A DNA stretch of 63,918 nt, counting the filler, from Phoronis australis (Eukaryota; Animalia; Phoronida), in assembly GCA_002633005.1 (NCBI GenBank). It is 6 parts of 6 records of this genome, joined end to end, with 100 filler letters (N's around TTAATTAATTAA, not from the genome) between each part and the next. Parts side by side here need not be neighbours in the genome. Positions count along the whole stretch, not along the records: positions 41,592 to 60,626 come from NMRA01000941.1; positions 60,727 to 62,484 come from NMRA01001967.1; 4 more parts are not named here. One strand, written 5' to 3'. A program made the translations under genes and the position numbers. The notes below the pieces were generated by a model. It saw only the letters and a list, made by a program, of their open reading frames with translations. It did not search any database and was not told where the DNA came from. Below are positions 50,501 to 61,890 of this stretch, in pieces. Position 1 is the first letter of the stretch. Each line of letters opens with the position of its first letter.

Positions 50501-53500
50501 CCCATGACCTCGCTGGTTTCCTGCGTGCCGCTAGGTGGTCAGTAGCCAGCACGCAGGTATCACTAAATTTTCCTCCTGAATATTTTTTACACCAGTGTTT
50601 CTGATTGGCTAGTCGAATTCTCAACAGGCAGCGCTTTACGCAAACAAACTAGCATGACTGATGGACTGAAGTGTAAAAGAGGGGGGGGGGGCTGTTGTAC
50701 AGACAAATCGGTGCTTAAAATTTATGTTCAGGAAATGTGAATCCTAGAAATTGTGGCTGTGGATTTTTGGAGTGCATGTTTCTACGATCAGTGGCTTTTG
50801 TTTGCAATACTGTCCTGTATTTATACAGTATGGATAGCACACTGGTTAAATTAGCCAGATATTATGTGTACATGTATGTGCTTCAAGCACGCAGCTATTA
50901 AACATCATTGCAGAAACGAAATAGTTGCTGCGACACCACTTGCATGACAAGGCTAAAAATCATTCACAGTCCGCCATTTTTTCACGGTGTTGTAAAACTA
51001 ACCAATGACTGCTGAGGTTACATCAACCAATGTTGAAGCGCATGCCACTGCGTGATACCTGCATGCTGGTAGGCACGTAGGGAATCCTCAGTCCATATGA
51101 CATGATATCACAATTTAGATTGCTCCATATTTGTAAAATAAAACCCTCCTTTCGACAACCCCCAAATTTGATTTTGGCAAATCACAGTTAATATATAACT
51201 GGTACATGTCATGTCGTTCCTGATGCAAACAGGTAGAAGCTGCCACTGACAGCCAGCCCAGCTCCGTAATCTCAAAGCAAAAAAGTCAGTTATCAAAGTC
51301 CAGGCGTTGTTACTGGCCATTGTAACCCCTACCAGTAAGAGGCTTTACTTCAATCATAGTTTTTGGTTAAAAAATGATATGCAGCACTTACTGCTCACTG
51401 CAATGACAGCAACGCTCTACACAAAATCCCTTCAACTCTAACTTCTGTCTCGGACATTTCACTTCTTAATTGAGTAAGAAACAAGTTGATAGTTTTAAAG
51501 TTTTGAGGGGTCTAAAGTGGTTTCTTTGATGGAAAGTTTTATGACTGGCTTGGAAAACTATGGCAGGTGTACTAACAGCAAGTACTAAAAATGTCTTACC
51601 TGCCTAATAGAATTTGTATAAAAGGCTTCCTTTCCTGAAAAAATAACACAGTTTTCAGAGGAATGCAGGCACTAAACAGTGGCACATTTTGGCAACCTAC
51701 CTTGGGATGACAATTGTTATAAATTGCAACCTTCCATTATAAGTAAACTACTCTGTGGAAAAAACAAGTGGTTTCACATATCAAGTTTAAATTAATGCAT
51801 TTTTGTTGTGACAGTGAAATGGACCTGTATACTGAAAGTGCCCAATGATGACTCTTTGTAAAGATCCGAGTAATTAACATCATTCAGGTTTTAAGAAAAC
51901 ATTACCATAAACACTTTAGTGAAAACTGCTGCTCTGTCTGATGTAAACTTGCACTCTTCCAACAGTGAACTGTAATATAACAAAAACTTGAAACTAAGGA
52001 GATGACCACTTTGTTTGAACATTGGTAATTTAAATCTTTACACTACAACTAAATTACACCGGCATGTTTGTTAAATCAATAATAAAATTCACATGCATCA
52101 GAATGTTCTGAATCACACTCAATGGCATGACTTGATAGTGGAAATAGGCATGTCTTACATATCGCTACAGCATAAGTTTGACAAGCAAATCACAGTCAAC
52201 TCACCTTAGATTCCCTTCACTCGCATCGTGTCGAGCCGCCTCAAGCACAAGAGTGGCTAGGCCGGCATACGCTTGTTTTAATAAGGCTTTATCAACTGAG
52301 GAAAATGTGGCGTCGTCTAGAAATGAAGAAACAATGGGCATAACCTTGGAAAATAACAAATAGACAAATCCCATGGTCTATTTTCCAATTTAATCAATCA
52401 GATAAATGTTGCAGTGTTTAGGTGGCAAAAAAAAACAAAAATCAAACTAAGCCTTTTCACCTCACACAATCAGCCTCATGTCTCACCAGAATACATGTAT
52501 GATTCTATGTCTGATACCAAGAAGAATATTGATATCATCAGTGACTTGACAAACGCTTCAAACTTTACTGGAGTTGGACGACACCAAAATTGCAGATTTG
52601 ACAACAGCACATGCACGCATTGCCTGTGTGAGGAGTTGCAGGCTCATTCAGCAACAATTCGAAATCAGATTAAGTTTGTAATGTTTTTAACCCTACACTA
52701 AGAAACTTTGGATAAAAATACTACATTGCCAGCTAAACATTGGCAAAATGCAGCCTTTTAAAGCTGCACAAAGTTCAAAAACTTACTTTTAGTTGTGGTA
52801 AAGATCAGACGCTAAGGAGCTGTTTGCTTAAAGGGCCAATAAATGTCCTCTCTCAAAAATCAACTTTAATTTGTCTTAGACCACTTATCGCTGTAAATGA
52901 TGGCCTTCAGTAGTCTCAGCTGATTTATATAAATTGGTAACCATGCAATTTCAATTCAAATAAATGGGTGAGAAAGTTATGATGTTGTTTTGGAAGAACA
53001 AATGTCTTGGGAAAGCTGTCAGTAGCTTTGGATAACAGTTACAGAACGTGGTTCATAGCTGAGTGGCTCATAGTTGCCACATATTTTAATGAAGATTAGA
53101 TCCGTCGACACATCCAAAATAAAACAAGCAAGAGCAATAATTATAAATTAACTTTCAAAATTAACTGTTGATACAACTACATCACCTTACTGTTATTCTA
53201 AGTATTTGAAATTTGCAGCGCAGTAAGATGCATCAGCTTTTAGCACAATGAGAACCACCTTTTGTCAATTCTTCAATCAAGATTTCTTTTTCTAAAAGAT
53301 TGCATACAGTTCATTGGATATTCGTACTTTATTACGAGCACACCAATTTTCTAAGTAAATTTTGATTAAATAATAGATCAATTTGTCCATATACATCCTG
53401 AAAAATGTCCCAAAAATCAAGTCAATGGTGTATGCACGTGTCACGAGCATATTTGCTTTCAAGTCGACGAAAGAATTAATTTCTTACAAAGGGCGGAAAC

Positions 53501-54354
53501 TGATGCAAGATATTTTGACTTCTCTATATATGCACTTGTAATGAGAAAGCTCAATACTAGTTGACCCCCAGATTTTGCATATACCCGTCCAGTCAATAGC
53601 TTTACATGTAGAAATAAGTTTAACATTGAATACCTGGGCATTGTGAAATTTCAATAATTCACACACGTCACTTCCCAACTGCACCTTGATGCAAGTCTTC
53701 ATACAGTGGGTGTGAGCAATACCACAGCAGGAAGAGTTCCGTTCAGCCGCAATTGTTCTGAAGTTAATTTGTGGAGTGATCATGTGCGTCAACTTCCAGT
53801 GGCAAGAAATTGAGTGCTATCTGTTGGTCGAACTCCGTTTCCCGATTCGTCAAAACGAGATTGCGCACAGTGCATAACTATCGGAAGTAGTTTCACTTTG
53901 CTAACAGATTTGAGTACTTTACTATCAGTGAAAAAAAATTCTCTGGAAGTTTTGGTTTGGCTATGATGTCATCGTCTCTGCCACTATAAGCAACGAACTG
54001 TCATAAGCCCAGTCCCAGGCACGAGCAGTGTAAAAATGGTCAGTTGCCCAAGTGGAATGCTTGAAAAAAGTTTGATTGTAATGTGTGAGTATGTGTACGG
54101 GCTGGGAATACTCATCGTCGACCTCCAAGCCAGGCCAAGGTGTCCCTTTATGGCTTTAAGCGCAAAAAGGTGATCTTAAGTTTTGAAACAATTCATGACT
54201 AAATTTGATACGTACCAATCGCTATGTCAATTGAATCTTTATGTAATATCCCTTCACAAATTCTGTTTACAAAAGTAGGGAAAACCTGGTCGTTCACACA
54301 AGCGGATTCACCAGCAAGCTGCACTCCTTCCAACGCAGTTGGTGACAACTCCAT
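47562..54354 (-). CDS. COMMD3: COMM domain-containing protein 3, 7 coding exons: 54354-54216, 52316-52205, 51969-51906, 51634-51600, 50173-50113, 49205-49089, 47621-47562
   Basis: All introns GT-AG with consistent phases; 588 nt = 195 aa + TGA, the same length as human COMMD3. MELSPTALEGVQL...LPHIVDVDWRLDY...FTCTMEQLQDLVGKLKDATKSLE matches the COMMD3 signature. Confidence 0.97.
49509..50066. repeat. 21-bp minisatellite (ACTCATATGGACCTGACCCTC), ~25 copies, in COMMD3 intron 5
   Basis: Direct inspection; it explains the repetitive THMDL / GQVHMSE ORFs. Confidence 0.95.
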
Positions 54355-54399
54355 CGAGAACTTTGATCCTTGAAACACCAGGAACCGAGGTGAAAGAGA

Positions 54400-54500
54400 A
54401 CTGCACACGGAAGTTGAAAAGGTAGCCTTTCACCCGGAAATGTAGCGAAAATAGCCATTCGAGTATCTTTTCTTGACATTGCCGCCTACGGCGAGACAGG
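54400..54500 (-). promoter_or_regulatory. Probable COMMD3 proximal promoter / 5'UTR with ETS-type sites
   Basis: CGGAAGT (~54408) and CCGGAAAT (~54434) lie 50-90 bp upstream of the ATG; no TATA box seen. Confidence 0.4.
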
Positions 54501-55305
54501 TGTTGCAAAGAATTCAATGTTCAAAAATATGTTGGATGTATTTACATAGGCGGATTTAGGGGGGAGGCAGGGCCCCCCTTGGCTGCCGCAAAAAATAAAA
54601 CAGTAAGAGCGTAGGGAAATGTTGAGTTTATTAATTAACCCCGGTAATTAAAATTATGCGGATGAAAAAAGACTTAAATGTGTGCAATTTCAAGTGTCAA
54701 ATTCGGAACACGGCGCATTCGTAACGGAACAATGGCTAAGTATAGGCTCTCCCGCGATATCCCAGGCGACCGGCAGTGGCGCTGCGCACTACGACTCCGT
54801 TTCCGTCGTCTGCTCCACAGTGCAATGAAGAAAATTTATTTCATTCTTTAAAGAAAATGGGACCTGAGTGACGATGAAAAAACAGAAGCTGCTGGCATTT
54901 TAATCGAAGCCTTAGTGAATCACTCAGAAACTCAAAATACTCTCTTTGTCAAACCTTATCTTAAGACGATTTCCAAAGCAATCCCGTCATTATTGCCAAC
55001 ACGAAAAACGGATTTGGTCTTTTGGGCATTTGACATTACCAGCAATATTGAAACCGTGAATTGCGCATGCGCGAAAATCACTCAGTTAGCCCCCTTCAGA
55101 ATACATGGGANCTCCATCGAGAACTTTGATCCTTGAAACACCAGGAACCGAGGTGAAAGAGAACTGCACACGGAAGTTGAAAAGGTAACCTTTCACCCGG
55201 AAATGTAGCGAAAATAGCCATTCGAGTATCTTTTCTTGACATTGCCGCCTACGGCGAGACAGGTGTTGCAAAATTCAATGTTCAAAAATATGTTGGATGT
55301 ATTTA

Positions 55306-56314
55306 CATAGGCGGATTTAGGGGGGAGGCAGGGCCCCCCTTGGCTGCCGCAAAAATAAAACAGTAAGAGCGTAGGGAAATGTTGAGTTTATTAATTAATC
55401 CCGGTAATTAAAATTATGCGGATGAAAAAAGACTTAAATGTGTGCAATTTTAGTATTGGGGGGGGGAGGCTCAAATCCAATTTCAAGTGTCAAATTCGGA
55501 ACACGGCGCATTCGTAACGGAACAATGGCTAAGTATAGGCTCTCCCGCGTTATCCCAGGCGACCGGCAGTGGCGCTGCGCACTACGACTCCGTTTCCGTC
55601 GTCTGCTCCACAGTGCAATGAAGAAAATTTACTTCATTCTTTAAAGAATTTGGGACCTGAGTGACGATGAAAAAACAGAAGCTGCTGGTATTTTAATCGA
55701 AGCCTTAGTGAATCACTCAGAAACTCAAAATACTCTCTTTGTCAAACCTTATCTTAAGACGATTTCCAAAGCAATCCCGTCATTATTGCCAACACGAAAA
55801 ACGGATTTGGTCTTTTGGGCATTTGAAGACTATTTTAAATACGACAAATTTGTTAAGAATCGATGGTACAAAATATAAAACGTGTAATAAGCATAACAAA
55901 AAGAAGTAGGTTTCGCGCTCAAACGCTGTGGACCATATAAACAAGTAGGTCTTTTAGTATGAGATTACTAGTTAAATCGTGGTGATGCAGTGGTAACGCA
56001 CGCGCGCACTATGCGCCAGGTCGTGACTTCGAGTCTTTGGTATTTGCAGATTTTCCTGTTTGACACGTTCTCCGTGTTTTTTTTTTTTGTTGTTTTATTT
56101 TTTGCCTTTTTTCTTTGATAATACTTCTGGAATCAAGGAAAATGCTTGATTTTTAGAGGTAAAAACAGAAAAATTTCCTGGGCGAAAGGGGGGTATACCC
56201 CCCTCCCGACCTCCCCCCATTCGGTGCTATGCGTATCTACAATCGTGATTCAGTTTGCGCAAATGCTTACAGCCGAACAAAATGTTGCCCCCCGATATCC
56301 TAGATCCGCCACTG
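55306..56314 (+). mobile_element. ~1-kb hAT-like non-autonomous element with a 5-bp TSD; partial allelic duplicate starts at 54545
   Basis: TIRs CATAGGCGGATTTAGG and CCTAGATCCGCCACTG; ATTTA on both flanks (55301-55305, 56315-56319). Confidence 0.8.
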
Positions 56315-56569
56315 ATTTATATGTATTTGATTTCTTATAGTTACTTTTGATTTTAGTCTTTATACATTTGATTATAATATTGTTGTATTCCATATTTATG
56401 TGCGATGTGTGTTGGGCCCCGTCGTTCTCGAATTGATTAACATTACGGCGTTTTCCCGTTGCTCCCAATTTGTTCGATTCTATAGCCCAACAACAACTTG
56501 GGAAGTTTACCCAACATCTTCGACTGATTAACTCCATTCTGGCATGATCGCTAGTTAAGGTAATGCCCA

Positions 56570-58415
56570 GACGCCGCTATTTTCAATACTGAAATAATGA
56601 AAGCTGGGAGAATTACAGATCCCAACTCCCAACGGAATCTAGTCACTAAATTGAAAAGAACTGAGTCCATATGCCACTTTTTCCAAACCCTGAAACTGTG
56701 ACATCAACACCTCATTCAATTCAAAGCTCTTCTGGGACAGTGTTATGCCTTTTGTATGCAAGGATCGGTTAGAAACGGGATTAAGTTAAATGAAAATGGC
56801 CAAGTTGTCACGAAGGCTGATAAGCTAGCTGAAATCTTTTTAACAGTTACTTTATTGAATCAGTGTAATTAATCAGCTCCCAGTTACCAGATGTAAACAC
56901 TTACAATGACTATATTTCTCATCCGAGTGTCACATCGACTCAGTTAAAGCCCACCGACCAACATAATGTTAAATCCACGTGAGAGTTGGAGTTGTCAATG
57001 GGGCAACTCCGGACGGTCTGGGACTCACAGATCCATTCGGCTGCCTTAAGAAATATGACTTGCCTATGATTATCTCGACTTAATTATGACCCACACGGCG
57101 CGTGACTGGACAAACCCTTATTAAATTACTGAGTGTAGATAAGTCGGCGGAGCGTGAGACCCCTGAGGTCCCAGTCAAATCACGACAATTCTACGTCATG
57201 AATATAGCAGGTCCTCAGCATCTCAATTGTCACTGAAAAAGACGTCTTAATTGTGTAAGCTGGAAAGTATTACATGCAATGAATCGATGGGTTATGACTC
57301 ATTACATCCAAGATTCCTCACTCAGCTGAAGTACAGTGTAGGCATGTCGCTCAGGCATTATGCAAGTCCCTGACACCCACATTCAACAAGTTATAGACTC
57401 CATTGAGTATCCCTCTTTGTTGAAAAAAAGGTAAGAAAGGGGACCGAGTGGATAAACCCTAGCTGCTATAGACCAGTTAGTGTGCTAACTGCTATCAACC
57501 AAGGTTTTGAACGACTTATCCTAGACCAATTAATTGAAACTATATTTTGATGAAATTTTAGTGACAATTTAAAGGTAAAGGTTTTTCTTGTCAGGATGTC
57601 TTGCTGCGCCTCACTGAGGAAGTAAGCTTAGCTCTGGGCAATAATTCATTTGGTGGTTGCATATTAATTGATCTGTCTAAGGCTGTTCATTGCCTCCCTC
57701 ATGAGCTCATTGTTGCCAAACTAAAAGCCTATGGTTGCACATATTGAATTCCTGTAACCTCACAATGTCCTGTCTCAGTAATAGAAAGATGAGAGTGAAA
57801 ATTGGCTCAAGTGTCAGTGACTAGTTAAATATCCCCAAGGGTGTTCCCCAAGGGTCTGTCTTGGGCCCCATCATTCAACATTTTTATCAATGATATATTT
57901 TACGCTATAAGCAGTCACTGTAAGTTATATTATTATGCTGATGGCAATACCTTCTTGCAAGCGGGCTCCTCATTACCTTCTCTTCACCTCAGCCTCAAGG
58001 TAGCCGTGGGCAAATGGCAACAGATTGGTTGTCCTCAAATGAAATGGCTCTGAACACTGGTAAATTCAAGTTGATCATCTTTTCCAGGAATCGTGTACAT
58101 AATAATGATAGGTATCTCATGTCTGGTGATACTATGATTGAATGTGAAGAGTTTGTTAAGCTGCTAGGTGTCCAAATTGACAGTCAGTTAAAATTCCACG
58201 AGCATGTTGACGATATCTGCCAAAAAGCTTCTAGACAAATGAATGCCTTGTTCCTTCTTTGTAATGATTAAGGCACTAACAGTAAGCTTAAGTTATATTA
58301 CGCATTTATCAGATCCTATTTTAATCACTGCCCCCTCGTTTGGCACCTATATGTATGTGGAATACAGAAAAGTAAGAAAATGATACAACACCGTGCTTTA
58401 AAATTTGTGTTCAGT
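56570..58415 (+). mobile_element. Decayed CR1/L2-group LINE ORF2 fragment with an internal insertion (~56960-57360)
   Basis: YRPVSVL, IDLSKAVHCLPHELIVAKLKAYG, GVPQGSVLGP, YADG, VKLLGVQIDSQLKFHEHV and IQHRALKFV motifs across frameshifts. Confidence 0.85.
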
Positions 58416-58554
58416 GCCGGGACAGTGAGTCAAGCCACTCCAGGCAGGTTTGGATCGAGATACAGCTGTGGGCGCAAAAAAAACAAAACTTCCCCTAACA
58501 GTTGTAGAAGTCGCCATCGTCAACCATCCAAACTTTCACAATCATCCTTAGAAT

Positions 58555-58800
58555 GGTTTGGTTGATAAAGAGGCGGACGACAAAAAACAAACTCGAAAAA
58601 ATGGCCACTAGGTGGCGCAAAATACCTCCAATGGCCAATAGATGCATATATTCCAAATTTTATGAGAATCAGTCAAGGACCTGTGAAGATCCAGAAATGA
58701 ACATTAAGAACTAAAATTGCCAATAGGGGGCACACTGGTAGCAAGATCTATCAGAAAGTCGTCGTCGTCGTGTTTTGTCAACTTCATATAAATACACTTG
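58555..58800 (-). repeat. Fragment of the 18223-19930 Helentron-like array
   Basis: Reverse-complement similarity to the monomers, including GCCACTAGGTGGCGC (~58604) and GCCAATAGGGGGCAC (~58718). Confidence 0.75.
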
Positions 58801-61344
58801 TTGAAGGAGAGAATGCCACCAACAAACAACGTATTTTGTATCAATTTAGATCGAGTAGTTCCACTCGATAAGAGCAAGTTCAGTTCTTTTACCCAACACC
58901 AGACGGCAGACGGAGGGGATAAAATTAACCAATGACATCATAGAATCTAAAATAGTCTGTGCAGCAGTTCATAACACGCTTACTCATCGCTTTACACCAA
59001 TAAATTGTCAAAATTCGATGGAAAATCCTTACAAATACATTAAGTTTTTAAACAAACGAGTTGTTTTATTTCGCTGCTTTTATAGAAGTTTTAACGTACT
59101 GTAGCCCGCTAGAAAAATAGGTAGGCCAACTTAGCAAAGTCACTCCCAGGAAGTTTGGATCGGTTCTGAGATAATTTAGAATTATTTTCCGGTGAAATAC
59201 AGACAGGAGAGCATAGCCTTGTATTATGATTTTAGAATTGCAAATTTTTTGGTTCTAAACACACAAAACGCTCGTTGTAACCCAATGGCTCGGAACTCGA
59301 TTAGGCCGTCGCCGGCCGCCCGTGGAGACATCAGGAACATAAACCAGCCGGGTTAGTTGACTGCCAAGGTTAAAAATTAAAGTTCCAGTCACGAAAAGGC
59401 TGGACTAGTGAAACAAAAAATAAATTGCACTTGAATATTTTGGTAAAAACGTCACAAAATTGCAAATCTACTAACCCGTCGAAGGCCGCGAAGACACTGA
59501 GTTTCCCTTGCCACAGAACCATACAGGGCAAAGGTGTACAATAACAATGATATGTATAGGTCTATGTATATAAAGATTCATGGCGGCGTTTTGAACGTTC
59601 AGTGACTTTACCAGACGTAGAGGGTTAAGAGCGTGTGATAACATCTAGCTTCTTTGTTAACTGCCAAGTCCAGTCTTTTGTCTGGTATGACAACAGGCAG
59701 GCCAATTACTTACCAGGCTTAGACCACATGTGAACAAAGTCAAACCTAACGCTCGGAAAGAATAGATTGTCGTAACTTCAGCAGTTGGAAGATTTTGCCG
59801 ATTCAAAAACTAAACATGATCACTGTTTGACGAGCATTTCAGAAATGCTATTGGCTTACGTTCAAATATGTTATATTAATTTTTCCTTTTAACAGCACAT
59901 CCCAGTCGATCAGGCTAGATACGATCTTATAACTGGAGATTTGAGCAATTATCGAATAAAAGAGAGCTGGCCCATCCAACCACAAATGCCAGAATGGAGT
60001 TACTCAGTCGTGTAAACTTCCCAACTTGTTGTTGGGCTATAGAATCGAACAAGTTGGGAGCAACAGGAAAACGCCGTAATGAGTAGCCAGCACGCGTGCT
60101 GGCTAGGCACGAAGGGAACCAGCGAGGCACTCGCATGGCCTCAGGTGCCCGGTCAATTAGCTTTATTGCATCTGAAGCGGGTAACGGTAACGCAGTATGA
60201 TATATTCATTGTTGGTTTCTCAAAACACTTGCACTCACGAGCATTGACAGTCTTTCAACACACTTTGTTTCAGTTTACTAAACATTGGTCAGGGTGAGAA
60301 TAACTCAATTTGCAACATAACAATGCTGGCCACTGACATACACAGAGATATTTCATGGCCTCATACCTGGTATCAACGTCGTAGTCACGGTTTTCGTTCT
60401 TTACTGCCGCGAACTACTTCCGAAGTATTTCGAATTAATCTCGGGAAAAGTTATACCCCTTTCCTCGCAGCTTCATGGTTCGCACAAGCGGGAACAATCA
60501 ATGAGATATATACATTGAGGTGACACGATATATGTATAGCTCATTGGTGTAGAGGGGGTCGAGGGGTATGGGGGTCGAGGGGGTCGAAGGGGTTTTAGAA
60601 CAATTCATGATTAAAGTCATATGATCNNNNNNNNNNNNNNNNNNNNNNNNNNNNNNNNNNNNNNNNNNNNTTAATTAATTAANNNNNNNNNNNNNNNNNN
60701 NNNNNNNNNNNNNNNNNNNNNNNNNNGGGGGGGGCGACGACAATTTTTGAAGGAAAAATAAAAACTGACCCAAGGTGTCAAATGGCTCGTGAAGCAGTTA
60801 CTCTTTACGACATATTCAAGGAGATATTAAAACAAAAGAGACCACATGGCAGATGATTAGTAAATGGAGGATGATTTTGTATAGAATGTTTAATTTTACC
60901 ATTATTTTATAATTAGACACTCAAAATATCACCTTAAAGCCACGCATCATCAGCGGAACAACAGCGTCACGTTCTTTATCAGTCATCTTGGTACTGACAC
61001 CTAGCAGCATCAACATATTAACGCACTCCTGCACGCCCATAGCATAGAGATCACTCAGTACATTGGCACAAGCTATCTTTCCCTGAAATATTCATGGGTC
61101 ATTCGCTTAACTCAAAGGTGAAGGTCATACTCTATTCATTTCATGGTTTGGATTTAATTGTTAGATACTTAATAAGTACAAAAGTTAAGAAAATGGAACT
61201 TTAAATTGAAAGCAGTTACAAACTATTATTATACCACTTACTGCTGTAAAAGTGGTCTTGGTCCTTACTGAGATGAGAAGTGATTATTGAGTTTGACAAG
61301 AAGTGAGGAAACGTACATTATTCGTTGAAACCCAGCTTGGCACA

Positions 61345-61890
61345 TAAAATGACACACAGTGGCAAGTCAGGTGGTAGAGCTTGTCCTCAAGTAATAATGA
61401 CACCCAGTGGCAAGTCAGCTGGTAGAGTCTTGTCTCAAGTAATAATGACACCCAGTGACAAGTCAGCTAGTAGAGTCTGGTCTCAAGTAATAACGACACC
61501 CAATGACAACTCAGCTAGTAGAGTCTGGTCTCAAGTAATAATGACACCCAATGACAGTCAGCTAGTAGAGTTTAATTGGTCTCAAGTAATAATGACACCC
61601 AATGACAACTCAGCTAGTAGAGACTGGTCTCAAGTAGTAATGACACCCAATGACAACTCAGCTAGTAGAGTCTGGTCTCAAGTAATAATGGCACCCAATG
61701 AGAGTCAACTAGTAGAGTCTGGTCTCAAGTAATAATGACACCCAGTGACAACTCAGCTAGTCTTTCCTCAAGTAATGTCCTCAAGTAATGTCCTCAAGTA
61801 ATGTCCTCAAGTAATAATGACATCCAGTGACAACTCAGCTGGTAGATTCTGGTCTCAAGTAATAATGACACAGTGACAAGTCAGCTAGAA
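61345..61890. repeat. 48-bp minisatellite (CAAGTAATAATGACACCCAATGACAACTCAGCTAGTAGAGTCTGGTCT), ~10 copies, with a nested 13-bp sub-amplification
   Basis: Direct inspection; (CCTCAAGTAATGT) x3 at ~61766-61805. Confidence 0.95.

Larger units (their letters stand above)
56441..60081. mobile_element. Putative DNA transposon defined by ~100-bp inverted repeats, containing nested elements
   Basis: 56441-56545 (CATTACGGCGTTTTCC...CTCCATTCTGGCAT) is the reverse complement of 59986-60081 with few differences. Confidence 0.55.

Noticed and set aside
52828-54160. Old Kolobok-like element in COMMD3 intron 1 (also TTAAAGG-type ends near 48443 and 58801)
   Set aside because: Terminal matches are only a few bases and there is no clean paired TSD.
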